Below are positions 9,410 to 21,233 of a stretch of DNA of 64,000 nt, one piece after another. The notes beneath the pieces are model-generated. The model made no database searches. It saw only the letters and a program-made list of their open reading frames with translations, and had not been told where the DNA came from. Position numbers and translations under genes: made by a program. This DNA is from Guillardia theta CCMP2712. Lineage: Eukaryota; Protista; Cryptophyta. Where the stretch lies: assembly GCF_000315625.1 (NCBI RefSeq), contig NW_005434669.1, positions 1,163,659 through 1,227,658 of the forward strand, written 5' to 3'. Each line of letters begins with the position of its first letter. Position 1 is the first letter of the stretch.

Positions 9410-12400
9410 TTGAACTGAAGGCGATGGGATAGTTGACTAAGATGTCAGTCAGATGAATTTAGTATAAGAACTTGAATCATGAATCGTGACTGACCTGTGG
9501 GGCACCGTTAGGCTGGGCCGCGGGGCGGTTCAATGTTGACCGGCCGGTCTGACTCAGTGTCAATAGGGCCCGGTCCACTTCACTGTGCAACATCCTGAGT
9601 CACCGGGCCCCGGATAGTCACTGTGACGGTGGTCGGGTTGACTCATCCTGAGCCAGGCCCGAACCCTGGAACTTGCACGAACCACATCCCCACTATGTCC
9701 CAATCCTTTATATGGTCCACCCCAACCTGAACTGAACCCCTCAAATTCTTGCCGTTGAAGTACCTACCGGGTACTTCCGTTATATACCTGGTTTAGTACC
9801 CTTACTTCAAACACTTTGACAGACGGTCCATCTGTCTCTTGCCCAGAGTCCACCCCCTCATTCTCCCACCACCCCCACCCCCACTTCCTACGCCTCATTT
9901 GGGTTCATCAGTTCACGTGGCGAGACTCGAGCTCCTCCGCCATGAATCTCAACAAGAAGACCATCGCCGATGTCGACGTCAAGGACAAGCGCGTTCTCAT
10001 GCGCGTCGACTTCAACGTCCCTCAGGACAAGTCCTCTGGTGCCATCACCAACGTCCAGCGCATCGTCGGAGCCATGCCGACCATTCAGAAGGCTCTTGAC
10101 AACGGCGCCAAGGCGGTCATCCTTATGTCCCACTTGGGCCGCCCTGACGGCAAGCCGAACGCCAAGATGACCCTCAAGCCCGTCGCCGACAAGCTCGGAG
10201 AGCTCATGAACAAGCCCGTCACCTTTCTCCCTGACTGCGTCGGCCCTGAGGTCGAGGCTGCATGCGCAAACCCAGCTCATGGCTCCATCATCCTGCTTGA
10301 GAACCTTCGCTGGCACGTGGAGGAGGAGGGCAAGGGCATCGAGCATTCCGCCAGCTGCAACGGCAAGAAGTGCTCTGATGACTGCAAGCCGTTCAAGGCC
10401 ACCCCTGAAGAAGTCACCAAGTTCCGCGAGTCTCTTTCCAAGCTCGGAGATGTCTACGTCAACGACGCCTTCGGCACAGCTCATCGCGCCCACTCATCCA
10501 TGGTTGGCATGAAGGGCAAGATGCCTTGCGTCAGCGGTCTCCTCGTTGCCAAGGAGCTCGAGGCCTTCTCAAGCGTGCTCAACCCGGACAAGGTCAAGAG
10601 ACCTCTCCTCGCCATCGTTGGAGGGGCCAAGATCTCCGACAAGATTATGGTAATTGAGAATCTGATCGACCAGTCCGACGGAATCATCCTCTGCGGTGGC
10701 ATGGCCTACACCTTCATGAAGGTCTGCTTTGGCATGTCCATCGGCAAGAGCCTTTACGACCAGAAGGGTGAAGTCTCTTCCCTTCCTCTCCCTAACTTTC
10801 GCACACTTGTGATCTCGTTTCATTGTTGCTTTCCCTCCTCCAGTCCTCTCCGACTTCTTCTCTGTCTCCGTGCATGTTGCATGCTATTTCACCTCTTCGT
10901 CTTGCTCCTCTAGGATGATCTCTTCCTGCTGTCTCAGTTACGCTCACGCTTCTACCAACTGAGACCTGTCTTTGCAGGAGCCGAGCTGGCCCCCAAGCTG
11001 ATGGAGAAGGCTAAGACCAAGGGGATTGAGATCGTTCTGCCCTGCGACTGGGCCTGCGGCCAGGAGTTTAAGAACGATCAAGAGATCAAGTTTGTGACCA
11101 AGGAGGAGGGCATCCCCGACGGCTGGGAGGGAATGGACTGCGGGCCTGAGTCGATGAAGCTCTTCCGCGACAAGATCCTCTCCTCCAAGACCGTCGTGTG
11201 GAACGGACCAGCTGGAGTGTTCGAGTTCGACAACTTCTCCAAGGGAACCAAGGCTCTCCTCGACGCGGTCGCTGAGACAACAGCTGCTGGAAACAACGGA
11301 ATCATTGGAGGAGGAGACTCTGCCACTGCTGCTGCCAAGTTCAACATGGAGGATCAGGTTTCCTTCGTGTCCACAGGCGGAGGAGCATCCTTGGAGCTGC
11401 TTGAGGGCAAGATCTTGCCAGGCATTGAGGCGTTGGATGACAACTAAACATTCAATAAATTAATTTCAAGTGAGCAGGACGGGAATGACATAATGGTGTT
11501 GCTGATGAAACAACTTGAGAACTCAGTGTTTTGAACATTTACCACGACCAAACGACAATCCTTGGGCAAACAGCATCGCCACCAGCAAGCGTAAGGTGAC
11601 ATGGAAAAAGTGACAACAAATGACTCAGGCCTTGGCTGGGAGCCGCGTGGCTGCCCCTTCAGCTTACGCCGCACTCAGAGGTCAAGGGCTGAAAGTTCAA
11701 TCCACCCTCGAACAAATGTCGGGGTCTCTGAACACGCAGCACACACGGCCCTGCGACATTCCTTCAACAAGTAACCCGTACGTCAGTCACGATTTCTTAT
11801 ACCAACTTCATTGCTAAACAAACTCACTGACTGACTTCAGTCACATTCCTCAGCCCGTGCTCCTACTCCTCCCCTTCCAGTGGCATCAGCACCGGCTCTG
11901 CCAAGACCCTCTCCCGCTCTACCCCCTTCAGCTGGTACACCCCCGCCACGCTCAGCTCCACCCTCCGCCTCCCTCCTCCCTCCCCCTTCAAGTCCACCTC
12001 CACCACCGCGTTCCTCCCCACCCCCGGCAGCTCCCTCCCCTCCTTCCGCATCCACGCTATCGCCCCCTCGTACTCCAGCAGGAGCTGCCCTCCCTCCGCC
12101 TGCGACATGATCCTCGCCGCCAGGTTGGGCAGAGCCCCGAAGTAGTCTGCTCTCCCGCTCACCAGCGGCTTCCTGAACGCTTCCGTCCCGTACGCCAGCC
12201 CCACCTGCAGCGACGACTTCCTGCCCTGCTCCTCCTCCTTCCCCCGCCCCTCGTCCTCTCCCTCCCTCCTCTTCCCCCAAGGCTCCCACAGCGCCTCCCA
12301 CTCCTTCTGCACCGTCAGCCCGAAGGCCATGGCCATCCCCAGGTCGTCGAACACCAGCGTGAACTTCCCCGCCTCCGCCTCCTTGCACTCGTACCCGCCG

Positions 12401-15400
12401 TACTCCTCCAGCGCCTGTCGCAGGATCTGCCCGATCTTCTCCTGCCCCTCCCTCCAGCTCTCCTCCGCCTCCGGCCCCGCGCTCGCCGCCTCCTTGAGCC
12501 GTAGGAACATCACCGCGATCCCCTGCTTCGGGTCCGGCGACTCCCGGTACCCCCTGCTCACCATCCTCTCCGACTCGATCGACGGGAACCATCGTCCTGC
12601 CAGCACGCTCGGGCTCATCTCGTACAGCTTCTGCACCTCTCCGCTCCCCGAGGCCCCGCCCCCCAGCAAGTGAGCCCCCAGGTCGATGCCCACGCAGCGG
12701 CTCGGCATCATGTTCCTCATGTACTTCCAGCTCTTCTCGTCCAGCACCACCTGCCCCCCATGCGCCAGTCGCCTCGTCCTGCTCGCCCCCGCCATCAGAC
12801 CCTCCAGGTCCTCCGTCAGCGCTGCCTCTGACTCCCGAAGCATCCCCTCCAACGTCACCATCCCCATCCCCACCCGCGGCCCCGCGTACAGCAGCTGCCC
12901 GTCGATGCCGTGCTCCTCCTTGTACAGGTCCGGCAGCCCCTCGAACGGCAGCGTCGAGTGCAGCAGGACGACCTGCGCGGTCATGGCGAAGTGAGTCGCG
13001 TACTTGGGGTTGGGAAACACCACAAACGTCTCCTCCTCCCCCTCTCCTTCCATCACGTGCCCCCGGAAGCTCTGCGCCACCAGCGTCGCCGTCTCTCTCA
13101 TCCACGCCTCAGCAAGAGCCCGCCTGCTCCCCGGCACCCCCACCACCCCCAGACACACGCACGTCGTGTTCATCCTCGCCAGCGACAAGGACTGCTCGAG
13201 CGGGTGCACGCGCAGCTGCCGCCCCTCCGTCACCTGGTGAAGCCCTCGCAGGCTCCCGCTAAACCCCCGCACAGGCTCCGTCGGCAGCTTCCACACTGGT
13301 CCAGACAGCTGGTAGAGCTTGACCTGCGTCCCCTTGACGCTGCTGCTGTCTCCTCCCACCTGGTACACCCCCAGCTCGTGCAGGATCGGGTTGCCTGCCT
13401 TGTACAGTCCGGAGCAGAAGGAGATGGCCTCGAACAGCTCCTGCGAGATCAGCGTCTGACCCCCTTGCGCCCCGTTCCCTATCGCCTGAGCGATCTTGTA
13501 CCCCTCCCCCTCGAACACCATGTCCCGCGTGATGTCGTGGATCCTGACCGTGAAGTCCCTTCCCTTCCTCGCCAGGTGCTCTCCCACCCTCACTCGCGGC
13601 CCCCGGTACACCAGCCTCTCGTGCTCGTCGTACATCTCCTCGCACCCCGACAGGCCCAGCACCCGCTTGTCCCACTCGTGCTTCATCAGCCGCGTCTGCA
13701 GGGCGTTGCAGAAGCAGACGGCGAGAGACGGCTCGACGAAGGCGAGCTCGAAGGAGTCGCCCTGCGACATGACCTCGTACCCCGAGTACTCGTCCACCAG
13801 CTGCCGCACAAGCGCGTCGTGGATCTCGAGGATCTCCCGGAAGAGGGCGGGGTTGGTCTCAGCTAGAAGCGTGCTGGACTCCATGTCGGTGATGACGAAG
13901 GTTACGTTCTCAGCTGTGAAGACAGCCTCTGCTCGCTGATCCATCAGTGATGAGGCAGTGTCTGACGTCTCGTCTCCATCCTCACTCTCTTCTTTTTCCT
14001 CACCGATGACCTCAAGACGTGGAACGACTTGTCCAGTAATAGGCAGCGGCATAAAGGCAAGCACGTCGTAGATCTCCTTCATGCTGTCCATCTGATGCTT
14101 CCTCCTCCTCTCCTGCTGCTCCACGTGCTGGTAGTAGTGCTCCATCCGCTTGTACGCCCATCCCCCCAGGCAGCCCAGCAACACCACAGGAATGATCACG
14201 GACAGGATGATCGCCAGCAGAAGCCGTTGGTTGGTCGGCGAGTACAGCACCCCTCGACTCGAGCTGCTCGACTTGAGCCCGGCTGCGTTGGTCGCTCTCA
14301 CCTCATAGAAGTAGACCCACCCGTCCTCTAGCCTGTACCCGCTCTCAGACACGGCATAACGACCGGTCCTTGCTGTGTACGCCGTCTTGTTGACGCTCTT
14401 CCATTCGCCCACGGCCTCGGAGCTTTCTCCGTCTCTCCTGCGCTTGTGCACGCGATACTCATACCGCACTACGCTTGACTCAGCCTCCACGAAGTCTGAC
14501 CAGCACGCCTCCAGCACCTCGTCTACTCGTGCAGTATCCTCCTCCTTGCAGAACTGCGAGTCATAGATAGTAGACGGCAGCGGAGGCGTCGAGTCCACCA
14601 GGAACGGCCTGGACGATATCGTCGTCGACAGAGGAGGCCCAGCCCCGTTGTATCCCTTCAGCAAGATCTTGTACCACCCTCCGTTGATCAGCGCGAGCCC
14701 GTTGGCCTTGTACTGCTGCCGGTACATGGTCAGCCCGTCCGAGGTCTTGTACGAGAAGGCCGTCAAGGCAGTGAAGGCCATGGCGTCGTCTCGATCGTGG
14801 CAGGAGGTCTCGTCGTCGCACATGTCTATCCCCCAGTAGTAGGACCGCATCCCGCTGTCCGGGTCCGAGAACTCCGGGAACTCGAACGAGAACTCCTGCA
14901 GCGACGCGATCACCGTCTCCGACCTGATGCCGCACCCCTCCTCCGCCCTGCACACTGCCGGGGTCAGGTCGCACACTCCCTGTACCCTCCCGGGGTTGTC
15001 CACCGAGTCGTCGACCTGTAGAAACGTTCCTACCACATGCGCGGTACGCAGCTTTCCCTGCTTCACAAGACACTCGGGCACAGGGCCGCAGAGACTTGGG
15101 TTGTTCGCCGGATGAACAACATTGATGTCGATGAGCTTGTTGCTATTGACAGACTTTATCAGGTTGCACCATTCCAGCGGTATCGCCCCTTCAAACTTGT
15201 TGACATCAAAGTACAGGTCCTTCAGCGCGAGCATGGAGCCCAGCTCGGCCGGCAGAGGACCCGTCAGCTGGTTGTCTCGCAGTAGAAGTCTCTGCAGCTT
15301 CTGCAGCCTCGCCATCTCTCGGGGAATCTCTCCAGAGAACTCATTCACATGAAGATACGCCAGCCTCAGCTCCGTCAGATTCCCAAGATAGGGCGACAGA

Positions 15401-15771
15401 TAGCCATTGAGGCGTTTGTTCGAAGGCTTGGAAGGGCCGAAGTCAAGGTGGTAAACATGCTGGTAGGTGGTGTCGATGCCGTCGCAGAAGTCCAACCCAT
15501 CCGCTGGATACAGCGCACAGCAGTCACAGATCACTCCTGACCAGTCACACGGATGCGAGCTCGGATCGTCAATATACCAGTTGTTGAGCAGCCCGTCATG
15601 CTTCCCAATGGCACGTCGGAAATTCACCAGAGCCTCTCTGTCGACAGGATGCATGGGGATGGTCGTGTTCTTGCTCTCGAGATGTTTGATGCCATTCGGG
15701 CAGCATCTTGACGTTGGGACGTCGGTACATCGATCTCCTAGAACGTGTATGAAGCCCGACAGCGCCAACAC
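5506..15771. repeat. Large inverted repeat: arms ~5506-9397 and ~11875-15771, with a ~2.5 kb spacer containing PGK
   Basis: The two receptor ORFs are reverse-complement near-identical, their shadow ORFs are duplicated, and homology stops at about the CDS ends. Confidence 0.95.
9942..11447 (+). CDS. PGK: Phosphoglycerate kinase, cytosolic type (exons 9942-10767 and 10978-11447)
   Basis: Motifs [82 protein letters not shown] intron 10768-10977 keeps frame (QKG|[10 protein letters not shown]). No targeting extension before MNLNKK. Confidence 0.98.
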
Positions 15772-15816
15772 AACAACAGAGAGCCAGTGTTTTGCAGGAG
15801 GTCGCGACAGGAGCAT
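11863..15816 (-). CDS. Single-pass receptor nucleotide cyclase, copy B (paralog of 5441-9409); intronless
   Basis: 1317-aa ORF with the same domain order and motifs. Differs in the signal peptide, LRR patches, one FN3 loop, the juxtamembrane linker, a few point changes and the last residues. Confidence 0.9.
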   Translation of the reverse strand: MLLSRPPAKHWLSVVVLALSGFIHVLGDRCTDVPTSRCCPNGIKHLESKNTTIPMHPVDREALVNFRRAIGKHDGLLNNWYIDDPSSHPCDWSGVICDCCALYPADGLDFCDGIDTTYQHVYHLDFGPSKPSNKRLNGYLSPYLGNLTELRLAYLHVNEFSGEIPREMARLQKLQRLLLRDNQLTGPLPAELGSMLALKDLYFDVNKFEGAIPLEWCNLIKSVNSNKLIDINVVHPANNPSLCGPVPECLVKQGKLRTAHVVGTFLQVDDSVDNPGRVQGVCDLTPAVCRAEEGCGIRSETVIASLQEFSFEFPEFSDPDSGMRSYYWGIDMCDDETSCHDRDDAMAFTALTAFSYKTSDGLTMYRQQYKANGLALINGGWYKILLKGYNGAGPPLSTTISSRPFLVDSTPPLPSTIYDSQFCKEEDTARVDEVLEACWSDFVEAESSVVRYEYRVHKRRRDGESSEAVGEWKSVNKTAYTARTGRYAVSESGYRLEDGWVYFYEVRATNAAGLKSSSSSRGVLYSPTNQRLLLAIILSVIIPVVLLGCLGGWAYKRMEHYYQHVEQQERRRKHQMDSMKEIYDVLAFMPLPITGQVVPRLEVIGEEKEESEDGDETSDTASSLMDQRAEAVFTAENVTFVITDMESSTLLAETNPALFREILEIHDALVRQLVDEYSGYEVMSQGDSFELAFVEPSLAVCFCNALQTRLMKHEWDKRVLGLSGCEEMYDEHERLVYRGPRVRVGEHLARKGRDFTVRIHDITRDMVFEGEGYKIAQAIGNGAQGGQTLISQELFEAISFCSGLYKAGNPILHELGVYQVGGDSSSVKGTQVKLYQLSGPVWKLPTEPVRGFSGSLRGLHQVTEGRQLRVHPLEQSLSLARMNTTCVCLGVVGVPGSRRALAEAWMRETATLVAQSFRGHVMEGEGEEETFVVFPNPKYATHFAMTAQVVLLHSTLPFEGLPDLYKEEHGIDGQLLYAGPRVGMGMVTLEGMLRESEAALTEDLEGLMAGASRTRRLAHGGQVVLDEKSWKYMRNMMPSRCVGIDLGAHLLGGGASGSGEVQKLYEMSPSVLAGRWFPSIESERMVSRGYRESPDPKQGIAVMFLRLKEAASAGPEAEESWREGQEKIGQILRQALEEYGGYECKEAEAGKFTLVFDDLGMAMAFGLTVQKEWEALWEPWGKRREGEDEGRGKEEEQGRKSSLQVGLAYGTEAFRKPLVSGRADYFGALPNLAARIMSQAEGGQLLLEYEGAIAWMRKEGRELPGVGRNAVVEVDLKGEGGGRRRVELSVAGVYQLKGVERERVLAEPVLMPLEGEE

Positions 15817-16115
15817 CTTCTTGTGTTATCTGAACCTTCAAGCCGCCATGGCTCTGCTCGTCTTCGTTGCTCTGACCTCCTATGCCGTCCTTGCCCGTGG
15901 GGCAATGACCAAGCTCTTTTTTCACGAACCACTTTGGTTCGTTAGACCTCCATTGAATTGCCTGCGCTCAAATTTGAAATTACAATATCCTATATTTCAA
16001 AATCTTCAATGATTTCTGCGCATGTTGAGTAAACTTTAGTACCTACTGATGGTTAAGATATGTCAGGCGCTGATATCTTACTTGATATCGAGCCACGTGA
16101 CCAGGCGTGCTGGTC

Positions 16116-16269
16116 CTCGTACTGATATTTAACTTAACTTTGAGTAAAGCGTGTTCCGCTGAGTTCAGTGACCTGTCAACTTCCGGCCCGGCCCGCCGGC
16201 CACTCCCCGATGACCCGGACTTACTGGAGAAATGCCTTTACTCAAAGTTAAGTTAAAAATCAGTACGAG
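16116..16269. repeat. 34-bp inverted repeat (1 mismatch) enclosing an 86-bp GC-rich core; MITE-like or cruciform
   Basis: 16116-16149 CTCGTACTGATATTTAACTTAACTTTGAGTAAAG matches the reverse complement of 16236-16269, CTCGTACTGATTTTTAACTTAACTTTGAGTAAAG. No clear target-site duplication. Confidence 0.85.
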
Positions 16270-16312
16270 ACTCAGAGAAATGCGCCCTTGCGGCTATCGA
16301 GGGATACAAGGA

Positions 16313-19300
16313 AATGCTTCCATCGCAGATCGTCAGAACTAACAGAGACAGCGTGTACATACATCTACAGCCATGAGACATCTTGTTCCTGCTGCTTCAC
16401 TCCTTGTTGCCCTTCATCTCGAGGTTCCTTGTACACCCTTGAGTTCGGATTTTCTCAGTGAACCTCTAGCAAGTCTTATCGTTCCATACGATCCCTTCCA
16501 TCCGGACAAGAGCAGGTGTCTTCTCATCTCGTCTGAACACTCCTCCTCACTGTTGGATAGCAAACCTCCGCGCACAACACCTCAACCAGAATGACACTCC
16601 GTTCATCGAGGCGCTGTTGGTAACCACTCTACCTGGAATCTTCAGGTTCAGTCACAAGATAGCAACCAGCGAGCAAGCCGCAAAGTCAAGACTTCCTTCT
16701 TCTTCCCTGGGCATCAGCTGGGCAGGTAGATGGTGGTATCGTACTCGCAACGTTCTTGCTGATGTTTGCCGGCAGAGGAACTCCATCAGTGTTGGACCAC
16801 AACGTCATGTGCGGCAAATCGGTGATGCTTCTGAGCACGATCCTGATGGTTTCTGATCGCTCCTCAACAGACAGAAATTCTCAAGTATGACCTTCCAGAG
16901 GACATCGAAGACATCGACTGCCTGAGGTCTTGCACGTCGACCCTGCTCTGACTCTCGCTCTCTGCTCATGCGCTTTCACGTGGCAAGCTTTCCCGAAGGT
17001 CCGATCAAGCATGCACAAGATCTGGCCTCTTCACTCTTCGGTGACAGCATCAACCCCTCCTCCCCCTCTTTCCCTGATCGATCTCGCCATGTCGTGTGAT
17101 CCGATGATGCAGGAGCGAGGTCGACTTTCTTCCTGTGCAACGGCAGCACGGTAGGGATTCTTGCCTCGGTGTTCGCGAGCATGCAGGCAAGAGCGTTCCC
17201 CTGCTCGTGTCTATTTTCTGACGAGTTTCTTACAGCTTTTCAAACGGTCAAGACGAACGATGTCGGAAAGGTTCACTAGGCTTTAAGCGTTATCTGGTAC
17301 ACTGACAGTTTCCTGACCTGTCGACTAGACCGCCGGTTGTCATCTTGCCCAGGTCAATGTTTTCTTTTGTCGAGACGTTGCAATCATGGGAGGAACAGAA
17401 ATTGTCACAAATCTTCGATTCAAGCTTTGATCATCTCGGGAGCTCAACCAGGTGTGGACGCTGACTCGCATGCATGCATTGTATCTGTGATGGGTTTGTC
17501 AACTGCACACTCACGAAGATGGTCAGTGTTCCTCAACCCCGAGCTCGACACAACCTTCGACGTTCATCATGGCTTCAACATGGAGGAAAGAAAATCTCAT
17601 GCACCAATAAGACGATGATGATGAGCCTACAAACAGGATCTTGAAGAGGCCTTGGCAGCAAATGAAGGGAACGTTGCAGCAGTCCTGATGGTACATGCTG
17701 CTCTCGGGGCAGGAGAAGTTTTCCTCATCGTTATCAGTTGTCGCCGACATACTATGGATCGATCCTGGATGTTAGAGCAGTTCAGCAAAGACTTCGTCAA
17801 GGTGGGCAGCTATCGTATCAACTCCATTTCGTCCTCCCACTTTGACCGCAGAGGAATGCTGGATCCCACTTATCGTGGATGAAGCCCACGGATCGCATCT
17901 CCGTAAGTCTCCTTAAGCTTCTTCATCTGTATCCATTTCCTCTCTCTCACTTATCCATCTGATCTCCTAGCGTTTTTGTCTTGTTTCCTCCTACGATCCT
18001 GCCGCTCTTTCTCCACATGAACCCCTTGCCCCTCGTGGAGGATAAGCCTTGCGACTCGTGTTTTGTCCTGTGATCTCACCGATCTTCATATTTCCTGCAG
18101 GTTTCCTCGCCGACGCAGGTCATCTTCCTCCTTGCGACGGCCTATCCTCAGGTGCTGATTTGGTTGTTCAGAGCATTCACAAGGTGAGGAGGAGGAGGAG
18201 GAGGAGGAGGAGGAGGAGGAGGAGGAGGAGGAGGAGGAGGAGGAGGAGGAGGAGGAGGAGGAAACCCGCACTGACTAGCAACAGACTCTCACGTCACTTA
18301 CACAATCATCTCTTCTTCATGTCGGAGGGGCGGAGGGAAGGAGCGGGGATAGGGAGGATCTCACTCGAGCTATTGCTGTTGCCCTGGACATGCTACAGAG
18401 CTCAAGTCCCTCATCACTGTGAGATGTGCATCCTTGCCAGTGAATGAGATAAAAAACTCTTTAATCGGCATGAGTGTAATAACGATGCTGCTGCTGCTGC
18501 TTTTATTATTGCTTTTGCTTTTGCTTTTACTATTGCTTTTGCTTTTGCTTTTACTATTGCTTTTGCTTTTGCTTTTGCTTTTGCTTTTGCTTTTGCTTTT
18601 GCTTTTGCTTTTGCTTTTGCTTTTGCTTTTGCTTTTGCTTTTGCTTTTGCTTTTGCTTTTGCTTTTGCTATTTCTATTAGTTGTTGATGATGGTGGTGAT
18701 AGAGATGTCCTTGTTGTTGGTGATAGTGATTGTGAAGAGCATCTGACAATGTTTGCAGACTTCTAGCTTCTCTTGATGCTACAAGGTGTTTTGTTGGTTT
18801 CCATCTCACTAGTGAGACATTGTAAAGATGGCAGTTTGGAAGTGAGGGAGGAGGAGGTAGAGAGAAACTTACTGCTGTCTCCCAATTGTCTAACAGGACA
18901 AGGAGGGCTATAAGTGAGATTTGCACCTCTACCGTCTTACAATGACATCGTTCAAGGGCGACTCAAACACTTCAAGCTGCTAGAGCAGGAGCACCGCATT
19001 CAGACTTGTATCGCACTGGACCCTCTGCGTCTCACCCTTCTCACTCCTCACGGACTCTCCGCGGAGGACGCGGCGGAGCTTCTTGAGAGCAGGTGTGAGA
19101 CAAACGAGGGTTGCTGAAGCTGCTGAGGAGGAGGCAGGCATGGAGTGTACGTCGAGATATCGGAGGGTCGTCTCCTCACCGCAGCTCTCGGAATTGCTTC
19201 AACTGCACAAGACTGTGCCAAGCTTGTACGAGGTGACAATCAGGAGGATGTTGACTACTTTGACTCGCATGACAGGCCTCCGTGTGCTGGACCAACAGGC

Positions 19301-19830
19301 CAGTTCTAGCCACAGAGAACGAGAGGAGAGAGCGGGGATGGTGGCGGAGGAGGAAGAGGTAGGGGTCGAGGGAAGCTTCATACCGGTCACCCCAGCAATG
19401 TCTACCAAACCCTCCCTTACCCCGCGGGAAGTATACTTCGCAGCTGTTGAGGAGGTTACATTCTTGTTTTCCGCTGCGTTGGCTCGTCTGAAGCATCACT
19501 CAGATCTCGGTTGATAACAGCGCCGGGCGAACGAGTGCGGAGACCCTTGTGACGTACGTTGCTTCTCGTCAAACTCCGGCTGATGCGGAGGCAGGTATCC
19601 TCCAGGGATTCCCATCCTCTTTCCTGGCGAGGTAAATGGAACATGCTACCAGATGAATCTCTGACTACAGGCAGCAGATTATCACCCAGCCTGCTGTCGC
19701 AGCATTAAAACGAGCACGAATAGACAAAGTAAGAGTCTGCAAAATCGGTTTGTGAGTTTCAATTAAATCTACAAGTAACTTGTAAGGGATCTTCGAAAGA
19801 GAGACGCCCTTGACGAAAATGGACAAAATC
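16313..19830 (+). CDS. Intron-rich hypothetical protein gene
   Basis: Successive plus-strand coding-like segments separated by short GT-AG introns (e.g. RFAPLPSYNDIVQGRLKHFKLLEQEHRIQ; VVSSPQLSELLQLHKTVPSLYEV). Family not recognised, boundaries approximate. Confidence 0.4.
18186..18261. repeat. (GAG)n microsatellite, intronic
   Basis: Visible array immediately after an AAG|GTGAG donor. Confidence 0.95.
18498..18668. repeat. (GCTTTT)n microsatellite
   Basis: Visible hexamer array; it generates the spurious poly-L and poly-AK ORFs. Confidence 0.95.
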
Positions 19831-19905
19831 AAAAAGAAGATAGAGATTGTTGGTGAATAGAGAACTTGGTTTTGCGTTTTTGTCTCTGTGCCTTGATTTG
19901 TTTCG

Positions 19906-21233
19906 TCATGATGACGGACTTGTGGCACTACCTTCTGGTCGCACCACTGATGGACTGGTCGCAGCTGAGTGTGGAGGGCAAGGACCGTCCTCGAGCTGCA
20001 ATGTCGTGAGCCCGAGGGTCACCTGGTCGCCGACAACCATCTGCGCATTCGGATCAATCGCTGTAAAGGCGAGTGAAGGGTTTCCAGTCAAACCTTTCTC
20101 GGGGCGGATGGGGCTCGATCGTTGCCCTCTCCAACAGGTCGAAGCCAGTCTCCATTCAGCTTTGTGCCGTTTGTCGAGGCAAGATCCTACAACACCCATC
20201 ACGAACAAACAAACCTGTGCCGTCGTATTTACCTGGATATACACATCTCCACGTGCATCGCGCCAAATCTTGCAGTGCCTTTTGCTCACTTCAGGGTCAC
20301 GAAGAAGAACCACGTCATTTGTGCGCGATCTTCCAATCTTAAACTACGCGTACAACAACAAGTCAACTCATGTCGCATGGTTTCTTGACAATCCTACCTC
20401 CCCTTGCTGCAGGTTGAGCGGTAGATGCGTGCTTGGATCGCATCTTACTGCTTCCTGAGCAGTGAGCAGAACAAGATGAAGTTCTGAAGGAAGCCAAACG
20501 AAGTTTGGATTGCGAATGATGTTCGGGATTGTGGAAAATGTACACGCCATAGCAGAACCTTCCTTGGCAGTCATGTTCTTCAGGACATGCCACCAAAGTT
20601 CAGAAGGGAGATCAGCCCTGACAAAGCACAGATGTAAGTCCAACTCCACGATCTTAAGACATCTATGTGAAATTACCAGACGACTGGGCGGATAAGAGTC
20701 CATCCCTCCTCACTAGAACACATCTTGCCGAGTTGCTTTAAAATCGCCAAAGGAGACTTCAACACGGTCGGCTCTCTCTGAAGCACATATCAGTCTCGAT
20801 CTGGCAGTACAATTCATTTCACCGTATCATTGAGCAAACATGCTTTAACGAGATCTCCAGCATTGTCAGTGCAGACCTCAATCTTTTGTACAAGGTGCCG
20901 CGAGGTGCGATGTTGCAGGTGGATGTATGTTGTCCCAGTTTCTCTCGATGAGTACCGATTCCTTGCCTGTTTGCAGCCACTCCCGAGTTTTTCATCAACC
21001 AATTCACCAAAAACGATCTTCTGGAGGAGCGAGACAAGGCCCATCATGTTCCTGCTGTTTTCATTGAAAGCCCTTGGCGTAGCATTCCTGCTGACATCGG
21101 CATCTGACGAAGAGGGCAAGCATCGGGAGTCTCTCCATTCAATTTCAAAATCCTTGGAGGCATTGTCGGTCTTGATCGTAATATTGACACCCTCCACAGG
21201 TGTAATGTCGCAGACTAACGCAGACGATGCCAT
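19906..21233 (-). CDS. FHA-domain protein with a putative F-box, multi-exon
   Basis: Spliced FHA: FKIGRSRTNDVVLLRDPEVSKRHCKI..VYIQ|DLASTNGTKLNG..GDQVTLG. Upstream, ADLPSELWWHVLKNMTAKEGSAMACTFSTIPNII resembles the F-box consensus. Confidence 0.7.

Noticed and set aside
8167-9432. 421-aa Gly/Ala-rich alternative-frame ORF (twin at 11837-13105) and 318-aa antisense ORFs
   Set aside because: Shadow frames caused by G/C-rich codon use; they are duplicated only because the receptor DNA is.
9816-9941. N-terminal extension of PGK from TTG 9816 as a plastid-targeting peptide
   Set aside because: Non-ATG start and no signal-peptide character; ATG 9942 has a good context (GCCATG) and matches the cytosolic PGK start.
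5506-15771. Inverted repeat as transposon TIRs carrying PGK, or as an assembly fold-back
   Set aside because: The arms are whole coding sequences with no transposase or TSD, and clustered frame-preserving differences plus distinct termini argue against a fold-back artefact.
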